Assembly: GCA_013239625.1 (NCBI GenBank)
Contig: MU054117.1
Span: 2,106,011 to 2,170,010, forward strand
Length of the DNA: 64,000 nucleotides
Reading direction: 5' to 3'
Origin: Lama guanicoe
Lineage: Eukaryota
Below the pieces are notes generated by a model, which was given only the letters and a program-made list of their open reading frames with translations, was not told the origin of the DNA and searched no databases. The position numbers were made by a program, and so were the translations under genes. This document shows, piece after piece, positions 12,401 through 24,810 of this stretch; the stretch's first letter is position 1, and each line of letters starts with the position of its first letter.

Positions 12401-13329
12401 GGTGTTCAGAGCTCTGGTCGCCAGGAGAGCCAGATACCCTCAGCAGGCGTCCCCGGGCCAGTCGTCCTGGCCAGCTGCTTTGCTCCCGGGATGCTGTGGC
12501 TTTGCTGCTGGGCTTTCTCCTCTCCCCTGCGGGAGCGGTTGCTCTGGGGCAGACCCATGCCTGGTCTGCACATGCCCGTGGTGCAAGTGTTGGCCCAAGC
12601 TCCCCGTGTCTCTCTCCAGCCCAGGTTTCAGTCTTCTCTCCTGCATCACAGCCTTGCAGGCCTCTGCAGGATCTCGGCTTCCCTTCTGGCTCCGGCAGGG
12701 GACCTGGCCCACTGTGGGCTCCGTGAATGTTTGCTCCATTTTGCTCTGTGGCTCCGTGACTTTTCCTGACAATGTTCCCCCAATCCTTTGACTGGATCCC
12801 TTCCCCCCTCAACTTCAGGAAGAGTGCACCCCTGGGGCTGTCAAACTAGACCCTGTGATCTGAAAGTCAGACTTCAGAGCTGCCGTCTGGTGGAAGTCAC
12901 CTGAGGCTGATGACCAGACGTGGTCAGTGGGACCCCCCCCCACATACCCTCTCCCTCCATCTCAGAAAGCTAAGCAGGGCAGGTGGGGGCCCAGGCCCCT
13001 CGACCCTCCCTCGGCTGGGGTGCGCGTTGGCCGTCGTGGTGCTGCCTCCTCCAAAGCTGCCCCTGGTCTCCACTGGGACCTCTCTTGACTGGCTAGAAGG
13101 GGGCGGGGGTGTGTGTGTGTGTGTGTCGCTGGGGTCACTCCCTGGCCCAGCACCCCAGCTTTGACCCGGTGGCTCCCGGCGCCTAGCCCTGCTTGTTTAA
13201 GGCGGGGCTCCCTAACTGTGACACGGGGTGGCATCCCTGTGGCCAGAGGAGACCCAGCTGGTGCCCTCGGCCCCTGTGGTCTCACCAAGATTTGATTTGA
13301 GGTGGCCCCCGCTTTGGGAGAACGAAAGA

Positions 13330-16300
13330 AAACTGACACAGTTTGCTCAAGTGACATATTTCAATATAATCTCTAAACTCTATGAATTGAACAGATAAAA
13401 TACCTCTGGGCTATTTTGTTACAAAATATTTGCCATTTGGATTAGTCGCTGGGTGCAGCCGCCCTGCCTTTCCCTAGCGCGGTTTCTCTCCCACAGGTGA
13501 CGGGGCGTGTGCGGGCGGAGGGGTGCCGCAAGGATGTATGTACAGCAGGACACAGGGACAGACGGACCGATGGTTATCAGGGAAGCCTATTGGCACAAAG
13601 AGACATCTGGCAGGCCGTGGGGGTTGCTGGGGGGTCAGGGGCCCAGGGCCGAGCACGTGGTGCCTTTGCACATAGGCAGCTGGCTTCCCAGGACCAGCTG
13701 CCCCGCAGGGTCTTGCTCCAGCTCTGGAGGTGGGCTGGCCCCAAAGTGGGTGGAAAGCTAGTTCCATCTCCCACTCCTGATTCTGGAGTTGGGGCCAGAT
13801 GGATAAAACTGGGAGGTGGCTCAGTCCCTGAAGTAAGGCCTGGAGGGCTGACAAGTTGGGGCCATCTCGGGGTGCCCAGGCATGTACCAGGAGGCTGTGT
13901 CTGGGGCTCAGTCAGCGCTCCACTGCCCCCTCGGCCTGAGGAGGGCAGGAGGGCCCGGGAGCATCTCCAGCCGGGCCCTCGGGGAGGATGGAGGCCCTGA
14001 TGTGGCCCCTGCCACGGGGAGGGCAGGAGGCTCGTCCCCGCTGTCTAAGGGTGAGGCTCTGGGGACGGGGACAGAGGAGGGTCCCAACCTTAGCCTGTTG
14101 GCTGATCAGGGGAGGGAGGTTACAGGTGCTGGGACCTTGCTTCCCCTACTGTGGGGATTGCCAGGGGCACCCTGTCCCAGGCCTTCGGGGATTAAAAGCC
14201 CCTTGCAGCTCAGGATTGGCTCCATGTGCTGCTGAGTACAGGCTGGTCTGCTGCCTAGGCCAGGACTCCTGGTGCTGTTGGGGTATCCGGGGCAGCCGCT
14301 GCAGTGATGGGGTTGGGAGGGAAAGCCCCCACCTGGAGAAGGGCGCTGAGATGCCCCAGCGTCTGGGCCCTCAGAGAGAGGTTCTGTGCACGCACCAGCC
14401 CGGGGACCCTGATGGCCCCAGTCTGGAAAGTCTGGGCTTTGGCAGAGTGGAAAGAGGGCACTTGTCAGCTGGCCACAGCGTGTGAACGGGGGCCGGGGGG
14501 ACTCCTGGCGGCCGGGACTGTGTGCTTGCTCAGCAGCCTGGCACCCACGGTCCCTGCCATAAACACCTAGCCACGCGTAGCCCCTCTTTCTGCATAGCTC
14601 ACAGCCCTGCTGCCGGCCCGTAGCTCCACTCTGCTCCCAGCCCTGCATCTGAGACTCACCCCCCCACCCCACAACTCCACTTCCTCCTGCACCCCCACCC
14701 TGCTGCCCAGGCCGAGGGCACTGCGTGTGTGAACCCACGGGTCAGCCGCTCCTTTCCGAAAGGCCCTGATTGGAGTGACCCTGTTACAGAAAAGACATGG
14801 GAGAGGGGCCAGAGCAACAAGGACCTGGGGGGGGGGTGCGGGGAGATGGGCTGGGAGCCACCGCGGGAGGTGGTGGCAAACTGGTCACACGTTATGGACA
14901 CCCGGCTGACACAGACAGGGCCAGAAATAAACTCGCTGGGTGACATCATAATGACGTCTGGCGATCACTCACATACACACGAAACTAGGTCACCTGGGAC
15001 CTCTGGGAGGAGGAGGCATCCAAGCCTCCTGACGGCCCCAGGGGCTGTGGCGGGGGTGGGGGTGGGGTGCCGAGAGCAGATTCACTCTGGACCGATGTTC
15101 GCTTCCGTCTCTTGGGACATCTTGGGCCTGGGCTCCTAGTGGGAGGGGATCTCAACAAAGGACAGCAGCGAACTGTTGGCTCAGGACCAGAGAAGGGTCC
15201 AGCCTGGCTTGTAAGAGACAGTCCCTGAAAGGGCCGTGCTTGGGGCCAGCCAGGGCACCCACCCTGGGGTCTTTGAGGATGGGCTGCCTAGGCTCTGTGG
15301 CGGGAGGGGGCTGCACAGAGGTTGGCTCTGATTCTGCTGGGCCCCAGGGAGGACAGCGAGCCCTGCTTGGCTCTCCTTTGCAGTTTTGAGGGTTTCAGCC
15401 ACCCTGACTGGAGGCAAGCCTGGGGCCTTGCGGGGGAGATGGGAGGGGGAGGACTTAAAGGCCTCAGGGCTGGTTTGGGATGGCGGCAGGGGGCAGGCAA
15501 AGGCCTCTGGAGCACCTGCTTCTCCTGCCCCTTCTGCATCAAGTCCCTCCTGGGGACCGCGGAAGTCACTAAGGAGGGTGCCCTGACCTGTGGGAATCCT
15601 GTGTCTGCTGGCTGCGTGTGCCTGGGCAGATCCCCCACCTCGCCTGCTTCTACCTCTGCACGTGGTTGGACCTGGTTCTCTCATGTGGGTGTGTATTTCT
15701 GCCCTGGGTGCACTTTGCTCTGGCTGGCATTATTTGGAGCTAGAGAGCAAGAAACCCTTAACACTTGCGTTTTGTAGATACAGGACCTCATGCCTCCAGG
15801 GCTCTGCTGGGCTGGCTGAGAGAGCCGAGGGGCGCCCCCTTCCCCCCGCCTTTCTCGAAGCTCTCCTGAAGTTTCGCGCCCTGGGCAGGCCGGGCCCCAG
15901 CTCTGAGAATGCAGGAGAAGGCCGTGAGCAGGGGGAGGCTGTGGTCAGGACGGCCAACGTCCCTGGGGATACTGCCCCTCAGACTGCTGGGCCCGGGGGG
16001 CAGGGGCAGTAAAGCCCCTCCGCACACTCCCACCCGACCTGGCCGTCCAGGGACCCAGGGCCGACTGTTGCCCACCCAGTGTGGCACCTAGTGCCGGGGC
16101 AGCGAACCAGACCACCTCTGTCCAAGTCTCGGGTGCTGGTCACCCAGCCCCCAGTGCCTGCCTGCCCGGCCTGAGGCCTGGGGCCCAACAGACTTGGCCT
16201 GGAAGCTGGCTAGGCCCTTGGCTCCTGTTTCCCCTGTCCATGGTCCAAGTGGCCAGAATGGTGGTGGGGGAAGAGGAGGCCCGGCGTGCCTGGCTGTGTA

Positions 16301-16543
16301 GGGCCCCAGGGAGTGAGGGGTGTCTGCAGATTCAGGGGGAGGCCTGCTCAGCTGAGTGAGGGAAGCCGGGGCCAGGCAACCAGGTGCCAGGGGCGGGATT
16401 CTCTTTCCAGAACGACAGTGATGGGTGACCAGGAACACAGTGTGCCGGGCGTGGGGAGCAGCAGGTGATGGGGCAGTGGGGGCTGCTGGCTGCATCCCAG
16501 GTCCTGGGGCAGCAGCGTGGCGGAGAGCAGTCGGGGACAGAGG
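13330..16543 (-). other. IQSEC3: Probable IQSEC3 3' UTR (about 3.2 kb; end uncertain)
   Basis: follows the stop codon; no recognisable interspersed repeats; ends at an AT-rich island (13320-13445) followed by a GU/U-rich tract on the - strand. Confidence 0.5.
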
Positions 16544-16972
16544 CTACACCAGGCTCCTGGAGCCACTGGAGCAGCGGCGCCGGTGCAGCAGGGAGCCGGG
16601 TGGGCAGAACTGGTGAGGGTGGTTGTAGGGGGGCGGAGGCGGGGGCAGTGGGGGCTGATGGATGACCTTGACCGGGGAGCCTGGGCCACCCAGGGGCGTG
16701 GAGCCACAGGATTCAGAGGAGGACGCTGCGTAGCAGGAGAGAGCCTGGCTCAGCAGGGGCTCCATGCGGGCCAAGCAGGGCTTGTCCAGGACGATGACCT
16801 TGACAATCTGCTGGCACTGCACCAGGGTCCCAGGGGGTGTGGGTGGCGGCAGAGGCAGCGGCAGGGGCTGCTCCCTCAAGGGGCTAGGCTGCAGGTCTGG
16901 TGCCGGCGCTCCCCTCTCGGCCCCCAGCCCGGGGTTGTGCTGGGACGTTTGAAGCCTGTTGTGAATTGACAC
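16544..16972 (-). CDS. IQSEC3: IQSEC3 terminal coding exon: [12 protein letters not shown]...[11 protein letters not shown]...SSGSRSLV*
   Basis: aactag acceptor; 142-aa ORF; PPPY WW-ligand and class I PDZ motif SLV before TAG. Confidence 0.96.
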   Translation of the reverse strand: MSIHNRLQTSQHNPGLGAERGAPAPDLQPSPLREQPLPLPLPPPTPPGTLVQCQQIVKVIVLDKPCLARMEPLLSQALSCYAASSSESCGSTPLGGPGSPVKVIHQPPLPPPPPPYNHPHQFCPPGSLLHRRRCSSGSRSLV

Positions 16973-19966
16973 CTAGTTTAGAAACAGCCAGAGAAGCGTG
17001 AAATGTTACAAGACTAATTCCCAGCTGCTAGGACTGGCCGCCCCGGGCCTCCCTTCCCCCCTTGCCCGGCTCCTGCGCCCGGAGGGGCTCTCAGCCCTCA
17101 CCCTGGCCCACTCCCATCTCCCCACCACTTGGGGGCACCTGGGAGCAGGCAGAGGCCAGAAGCTGCTGTGTCCTGCCCCAGCCCGTGCAGCCTGGCTCTC
17201 TGGGCCTGGCTCCCATCTGTGAAATGGACGGTTGGACCAATGGACTCAGGTTCTGCAGTCTCACCCCATGGACCTGCTGGACATCCCTGGGCTCTGGGAG
17301 AGCCCCCACCTGCTTCCCCACCAACCTTGAGCTGGAAAAGCAGGAAAAGCAGGGGTAGTGGTCTCTGTGCCCTCCCTGCCTCTTAGGGGTATGCTGGGGG
17401 CAAAGGGAGACTAGACACGGGACGGAGCCAGGCATCTGTGAGCCTCGCAAGCCCCTCATCTCCCACCAGCTTTGTTATTGTCACTGTGGAATCACAAAGG
17501 CGACCCCAAGGGGTGATCTGGAACTGCCCGTCCTCCCAGCCTCCCCAGGGCCGTGCGCACACCCTCCAGAGCAGCCAAGGCCAGAATCAGGTACCCAGCT
17601 GCCTTCTGATCCAACCTGGGTCCTGGAGAACTTCGCCCAGCCACAGGAGGGTTTCCCAGAAAGGACTCTATAATCTTTACCTCCTGGGTCGGGCATGAGG
17701 AGGTAGCCCCGCCCTCAGCCATGGAGGTCACTGTGAACTGGCCTGGCCTCCTGCTAGTGGAGGAAGTGGGGGATTTTGGAAGGAGAGGGGTTTAATTTCT
17801 CATCCCTCCAGCTCCCCAGCCTGTCGATGTGACACACGTGCCCTCCTGACACCTGCGTCCTGTGGGGGTGGTTGAGGCCCTTCTCTTTGAGGATGCGTCC
17901 TACTGTCCTTGGGTACCCCTGCCCAGGCCTGCTGCTCAGGGGATGGGGGTGGGGGTGGGGATTGAGGCTACAGGGGAAGGGACCATAGGGCCAGGTTTAG
18001 ACCAGGATGGCCCTGCCCCAAACTATCCTGCAGCCCTAAACAGCAGACCCTGACCCTATTTACCAGCAAAAGGTGCAATTTCAGGGATGCCCCTGTCCTG
18101 GACACCAGCATTCCCCCGTGGCCTGCCGGCCCTCCAGCACCATTCCTGGCCTGCCCGTTCGGTCCTCACACGCCCCTCCCACCAGGCTCTGCAGGCTGCA
18201 GGCTTTCCTCTTCGTTCTCAACCTCCAACCTTAAAAGCATTTCTAGGCCTGAACTTCCCCCCAAACAGAGCCCCAGAGCCCCCCAGTGCCCTGCCGAGAC
18301 ACGGGTCCACTTTCCTCTTGGGGAGCCCTCTGTGGCCCTCATTCAGACAGAAGGCTTCTGTCCACCACTGCTGGAGGGGACGGCTCCCTTCCCCCTCTGC
18401 TGGTACTGAGTCATTCCCCAGGAGAAGGTGGCCTGTGGCAGTGGGGGCGGGACTTCTGCTCTCTCTCAGACTTGACAGCTGCCCCTCCCCAGGCAAATGC
18501 TGAGCCCCAAGTGGCCCCAGCTCTGGCTCATCCTGTACCTCCTCTTCCCCTCGCTCTTTGTGGTTCCCCCTCCCCTGTCTGCACCTCCCTCCGCCCCACC
18601 GACCCCTTATCTTTAATGGTCAGTAAGTGAAAAGCAGGAGGTGACAGCAAGACCTCATTCTGACCACTTCTCACCTCCCTGCTGATGGAAGAGAGAGAGA
18701 GAGGGAGGGAGGATGGAACATGAGCAGCGGTCACAGCTCAGACAAGCTGGAGAAGCGCCTGCCAGCGGGCGGCCAGGCAGTGACGGAGGGGGCGGAGGAC
18801 GCAGGAGCTGGGTTCCAGCTGAGAGGCGGGGTGGCAAGGCTGCCCTCTGTGCAGGGAGCAGAGGCTGGCAGGGCCCTGGGGCTAGCGGGGCAGCAGCCTT
18901 GCAGACAGCCACACGGCCCTCTGGGCAGGGGCGGAGGGGAGAAGGACCCCAGGTCACTGTCCTCCCTGGGCAGTGGGCTCAGGCACGGGCGGGGCTGGTA
19001 GAAGCAACCGGAGGGCTGGTAAGATCATCGAGCGTTTGTCTGCAAGGCTGGAGAACGGGCAGCTGCGGGAAGATGGGGGGAGGAGGGGCAGGGGATGGAA
19101 TACCCACCCTGGGGGCTTGTCAGCTGCTGGGGCAGGAAGTTCCTCCTTGTGAAGGTGCCCCCTCCAGGTGTGTTGGGGGTGGGGGCCGTGGGGAGAGAGA
19201 GAAGCAGCTGGACTCCCCTGGGGTGTCCCAGGCTTCCCTGTGCTTAGTCAGGCTGGGGGACAGGGCTCCTCCCTCAGAGCCCTAAGTGGGGGCTCCTCCA
19301 GCTTGGAGTGGGGGCTGGGAAAGGAGGTGTCTGTGAACTTCGAGGGTCCCTGGAGGCCTGGCAGAACGGAGTGAGGTGCTCCCCGGGGTTCCAGGGGAGC
19401 CAGTGGGGAGGGCAGGGCCCAGCAGGGCTCGTGTGTCCTCCTCCCAGGTGACACTTGGGGGCCTGGCGGGGACCAGCTGCTGTTGCTACTTCTCCAGTCC
19501 CTTCCCTCCAAGTGGACAGTCTTCAGATGCAGCAGCTCCCCCAGGAAAAGCCCTAAGACAACCCAACCCCACTCTCCCTGTTTCCTCCACCCCGTGGCCA
19601 GCTTTCCAGATGGACCAGCTGCTCTGGGCAGAAACTGTCCCCTCCCAGCGGCCCCAGCTCTCCAGTCTCCACCTTCCTTCAGAGGCATCGGGAGGGCAGG
19701 GTCTGCCCCCGCAGTGATGTGGTCACTTGGGGACTGGATGTAAGAGGTGGTTCTCCGGAGGGTGGGAGGACTGGGGTCTCTGACACCAGTGTGCGGGGGT
19801 GCGGACTGGTAGGATGTGGTGTGGCAGGGATGTGCTGGAGGTGCCGTGGGCTTTATCTGCACGGGTTAGTCTGGGAGCTTGGCCTGGGGAGCTGGGCTGG
19901 GGCAGGCAGGCTGGGGAGTGAGAGAGGGCACTGCGGCTTAAGTAGGGGCTGGAAGAGTGGCATTAC

Positions 19967-20046
19967 CCATGCTAGCAGTAACTTTTAATTGTATCTCTTG
20001 AAATTGGTAAAATGGTGAGTCGGGCTGGGGAGGCATTGATTAAAAC
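19967..20046 (-). CDS. IQSEC3: IQSEC3 alternative cassette exon with stop: VLINASPARLTILPISRDTIKSYC* (TAG 19974-19972)
   Basis: strong pyrimidine tract + cag acceptor (tttctcttctcag), TGG|gtaatg donor; AT-rich island in GC-rich surroundings; peptide resembles a short IQSEC3 isoform C-terminus as I recall it. Confidence 0.8.
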
Positions 20047-20127
20047 CTGAGAAGAGAAACAACAGAGACAGTGAGAAGAGGGGAGGGGCACAGACTCACT
20101 CACCTGGGCAACCAGGCCTCCACTCAC

Positions 20128-20180
20128 CTCCACCGTGCTCTCCGCTGCCTTCTCCCCCGGGGGGGCCGCTTCCCTTTTGG
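20128..20180 (-). CDS. IQSEC3: IQSEC3 small exon (about 13): KREAAPPGEKAAESTVE
   Basis: caaag acceptor, GAG|gtgagt donor; 53 bp; ends in phase 0. Confidence 0.9.
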
Positions 20181-22161
20181 CTTTGAATGCAAAGAGCACA
20201 GGGCTCACTCTCCACCCATCCTGGCATGACCCCTTCCTCCCCAGCCCCGCACCCCCAGCCAAGCACCCCTGCAATTCAAAGGGCGGGCAGGGGACTCCAG
20301 TTGCCCCACCACTTCTGCCTGAGACGCAGCCCCGCAGCCCCAGGGGGCAGTGGGCTGGGTGTCTGAGCCCATTTCTGCTACTTAGTAGCTGTGTGACCTT
20401 GGGCAAGACGCTACGCCTCTCTGGGCCCTACCGGCTGTAAGGTCACTGATGTTTTCCTTGCTGGGCATTGTTGAGCCTCCTTTACCCATGGTCAGAGCGC
20501 CCTGGCGGACTGTGCAGGCTGGTTATGGGGAGGCCGTAGAACAAAAGGGGGCTCCTGCTCCTCGAGGGAGGGGCTGCGCTCCTTTCCTGTTCCTGCTCCT
20601 TAGCTGAGCAGCGAGGCTTCCGTGAGCTGCACTCGCCACAGGGCCTGGCACCACTAAGGGCTCGGTGATTACGCTTTCTGACCCGCCTGGCACAGCACCA
20701 AGGACCCTGCGGACCCCTGGGGACAGCCTGATGACTATTTCCAGCTCAGGCACCCCTGGCTCCCCCGCCTCACAGCAGGCATCCTAAAGCCCTCTGCAGC
20801 AGTGGGGGGCTCTGATGTCTCACACCCCAGGGGAAGGCACCATACCCGCGCTGTGCCTACCCCCCTATTGATGGACAAGGCCCTAAAGATACCCATCGCG
20901 GCCTGGCTGAGGGCTGCAACTTCCACTGGAGGCCGGCTGGGATGTGGGATGCGGGGAGGGGGGGGCGGGTGTCCGGGAATCATTCACGGCTGAGGTTTGA
21001 CTCTTGCGTTTAAACAGCTGTGAAAACAAGCATGTGCTGTGACCTTATAGAAATGAAGGGTCACTGAAAACAAGGCCGGTGGCGCGTTACGAACGCACGG
21101 TGGCAGGTCAAACCCATGCACAGAGGGGACACCACAGGGTCTCTGTGCAGCTAAAAGAGCCCTGCGTCTTGCTTGGAAAAGGACTCTCATCTCCCAGCTG
21201 GTGTGACCAGTCCTGTGAGGCTGTCACAGCCTCGCGGCACCATGCCCATAACTGGGGGTTTGGGACCAGCAGGGAGCCCAGCTCCAGCTGGTGTCTTGCT
21301 GGGACCCTGGCATCCCAGGGCTTAGCACGGGGCACACAGCAGGCACTCAATAAGTGCTCATTAAATGGAAGAATAAGTGCCTAAACCAACTCCTTCGTGA
21401 AGAGTTCTGGATGGTTCGCTGGGGTTTTGCTGGGACGGGATTTAATTCTCATGCCACCTCTCCTATTTCTATCTTATTGGGGGCAGGTGGGGTGGGTGTG
21501 GACGCACCTCTCCCCATCTCCTTGCAGGTGGCGGGGAGGTGAGGGGCCAGAGGGGGAAAGGTGGGGGTGTGGCAGTGGGCGAGGGGAAGCAGAACGTGGC
21601 CAAAGGTGGTATGAAATCTGAAGCCGGCTCGGCTCGTCTGGAGTGAAAAATTCCGTCAGAAGAAACCATTTGAGAAACTGGGTTCAAGGTTCATCTGGGT
21701 TTCGGGCGGGACCCTGGCCTGGGATCAGGAAGTGCTGGCGGCTTACTGGGAGAAGGTCTTGACGGGGCAGCTCAGGATTTCAGGCCCTTCCGGCCGCCCT
21801 CCTTCCTGCCTTGCTCCTGGCCGTAGACACAGTGTTCTTCCTCGTGTGGTTTCCCTTTGCACACCTCTGACCACCCGGCGACCCGGCAGTCTTCAGAGAG
21901 CCCCGCTGTGGAGGGCGGAGGGCCTTGCACTGGGCAGGGCCTCCGGGCTCTCAGCCCGACGCCTCCACGGGGACCGTGGGCACCAGTGCACTCTGTAAGG
22001 GGACACGTTTCTCTCTCCTTAGCCCTCACTCCCACTGCTGAGGCCCCAGGAGGTGTTCGGCCGTGGGACTGAGCGTGGCCCTCACCCGAGTTCCCCAGGA
22101 ACCCAAGCCTGCGAGCAGTGAGTGGCCTCCAAGCGCCGCAGGCCTGGGGTGTGGAACTCAC

Positions 22162-22254
22162 CCGTGGGCGATCCCTGTTTCGACGGTGGGTCCACCTGGG
22201 CTCCACCTGCCTTGAAGGAGAGCGTCTTCGCCCCCTGCTGCTTCTCCAGCTCCC
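22162..22254 (-). CDS. IQSEC3: IQSEC3 exon (about 12): [30 protein letters not shown](A)
   Basis: cccag/gtgagt boundaries; 93 bp; in phase. Confidence 0.93.
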
Positions 22255-22489
22255 CTGGGAAACCGAGAGGCTCATGAATGGAGAGAAACCCTGACGTCCA
22301 GCACACAGAGGGGAGGGGAGGAACGAGGAGAGAGCGGGGGGGCGCTCCGGGACACAGGCCTCAGAGTCTGGCACCCACTTCATGGCAGGTCCCATGCCCG
22401 CTGGAACCTCTTCTGTTTACAGGGATGGTAGCCCCTGCTTGGGTGCCGGAGAGGAGGTGGGAGAGGTGGATATGAGGGAGGTGAACACC

Positions 22490-22680
22490 TGGGTCTGCAG
22501 CCTGGCTCTGATGCTGCCTGGCTGTGTGGCTTTAGGCAGGTTACTTAACCTCTCTGTGCCTCCCTTGCGGGGACTGAAGTGTCCACTTCAAAGCATCATT
22601 ATGAGGATCCCATGAGGAAATACACTAAGGCGCTTAGAACAAGGCCCGGCTGGCGGCCAGAGCTCATGCATACTAGCTCC
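22490..22680 (+). mobile_element. MIR SINE
   Basis: core ggctgtgtggctttaggcaggttacttaacctctctgtgcctc. Confidence 0.75.
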
Positions 22681-23199
22681 CATGATGACATCTAGGCGTC
22701 CCTTGCCGCCCAGCTGCCCACCGTGCCCGCTTGCCCGTCTTCCTGGAGGGGAGGCCCCCGCATCTGTCTGGCTACCCAGCTTTAATTCCTCTCACTGGAC
22801 TGTAAACCTGTCCCTACCTGTCTTCTGCCCAAGGTACTAGAGAACAGCCAGTCCCCTCCGTGGAGATTTGATGGTCATAATTAAATCCCCCCTCAGCTTC
22901 ACTTTTCCAGGAGACAGAACTCAAGTTCCTCTTATTAAAGCCAGTCTCTTGGGTCCCATTTTCTGCCTCTCCAGTCGCCTGTCAGCCAGGGACACTGGCC
23001 TGCAAATCCCCCAGACTAGAAGCATTCGCACTGACTGCCTGAATCACACCATCGACCAATACTGAACACTTTTACTGAACTGAGAGTCGTTCCTCTTCCC
23101 CCCGGAGGGGCCGTCTCGGCTTCAGAGGAATTAGCGTTGTAATTACAGGCAAGGGATCCGAGGAACTTGGGTGCGAATCTTGTTTGGTCACTGACTGCA

Positions 23200-23360
23200 G
23201 GAATTTGGACAACTTCCTTAAGTCCTGTTAGTTTCCTCGTTGGTAACATGAGGGTAACGCTCCTCACCTCATGGAAGAGATGTGGCCAGAGTTAAATGAC
23301 ACAGTAGGCCTGGCAGTCAGCCCAGGGCCGGGCATGTAGTAAATGCTCGATTAATGGGAC
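23200..23360 (+). mobile_element. MIR SINE (diverged)
   Basis: ttggacaacttccttaa...gtttcctcgttggtaacatgagggtaa...gttaaatga. Confidence 0.6.
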
Positions 23361-24648
23361 CTGTTGCTGCTTTTCCCTTTTTCCCACTTCCTTTCCTTCC
23401 CGCCTCCCTGACCAGGCCCTTGCCTCCCCTCCACTGTCTCCCCTTTCTCTGCATCTGAAGAACAGGGGCAGATGTGAGCAGGAAGGCTGTTCACCCTCGA
23501 CATACAGACTCGGCGTTATCTACTCCTGGGGCTTGGAGGGGCGGGGCGCCCTGCTCCGGGCTGACGGGGGAGGCGCGCCTCCTCCAGCAGTGCTGGCGCC
23601 TGCCCGTGGGCGCCGTGCTCCGGGGCTGTGCGGACCCACCTGTGACATTCTGGCCATGAGAGAAGTGGGGCCATTTCGGGGCGTGTCCTTGAGAACGTTT
23701 GAGATCAGCAGCCGAGGTGGCATTGAGAAGGGTCTGCCTGTGACCCCCCTGAACTCCAGTAGCCAGTGGAGAGCAGCAAGGGGCTTTACACCGCCCCCAC
23801 CCCTGCACCAGGCAGTCATGAGTCCGTTACATGGTCTGGTCTGCTGGGTTTTTGTTTTAACCCGATTTCGTTGTTTCCTTAGGAAATTATAAATGGAAAC
23901 TATTCTCTCATTTTCAGAGTAGAAAGTACATGAACTTCAGGATCAGACTTAAATGCAAGTGCCGAGTCCTCTGCTGTGAGCAGCTGACACACTGCCTGGC
24001 CCACAGGGGGCCCCGCAGACAGCGATTCCTCAGCGCCGCCCTGTCGGGCCTGCCCCACCCCCCTCCCCATTCGGGACGCCCGCTGCCTCTCCTACTGCCT
24101 GATGGGTTTATATCCGTTTAGAAACGCGTTTCAACTAAGTGGCCATAGAAGGCAGACCTGGAATCTGTCTGTATTTTCTGTTTTAGTTTCTGGATCCTTT
24201 TCTATTTAACTTTCCTTTAAAGGCTCTGAAGCGGCTACTTTCGTGTGAACCTGGACTGGATCCAGGGAGAGGGCTGTCCAGGGAGCTTCGGTGGGAAGAG
24301 ACATGCAGGGGCCTGGGCCTCCAGCCTCTCAGGCTGGCTGGCTCGCAGGTCCTGGTCTCCTCCTCAAAGCCAGCCGAGTTCCGTGTTCCAAGGGCCTGCA
24401 TGCCGCCCCACGGCCTGGCTGCATGGGCACACACACGTGCACGCTCTCGTGTGTCTCTTCTTAATCGTGCAGCACCCACATCAGCCGTGATGGTGCAGTG
24501 GGGCAGGGGCGGGGGGGCAGGAGGGCAGGAGGGGCCTCGCTCACCCGCGCTTACTCTGAAGTGCACAGGGAGTGTGTGTCTACAAGCACCCTGCTCCTGC
24601 TGACAGAAGCCTGACTGCCCAGAGGGCCTGGGGTGATCCCATCCTTAC

Positions 24649-24810
24649 ACTCTATCCGGATCTGCTCCAGCTCCGTCACCTCCGCGATGGACTCCTTCAG
24701 GTCCTCCACAAACTTCTGCATCTCGTCCAAGCCCAGGGCGCAGAAATGCAGCACCTGCTTCTTCTCGGAGCCCGAGAGCGGGGTCACCAGCGTGATGCCA
24801 TGAGAGTAAT
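24649..24810 (-). CDS. IQSEC3: IQSEC3 PH exon (about 11): [53 protein letters not shown](W)
   Basis: tccag/gtaag boundaries; 162 bp; 105-nt intron separates it from the previous exon. Confidence 0.95.

Noticed and set aside
11735..12769. 344-aa + strand ORF in the intergenic region
   Set aside because: No recognisable domain, Pro/Gly/Ser/Ala composition expected from GC-rich DNA, non-ATG start, many overlapping ORFs in other frames
19967..19971. ATG directly after the cassette-exon stop (TAG-C-ATG-G) as a re-initiation start for the PDZ tail
   Set aside because: After splicing to 16972 it is out of frame with the tail and stops after about 30 codons
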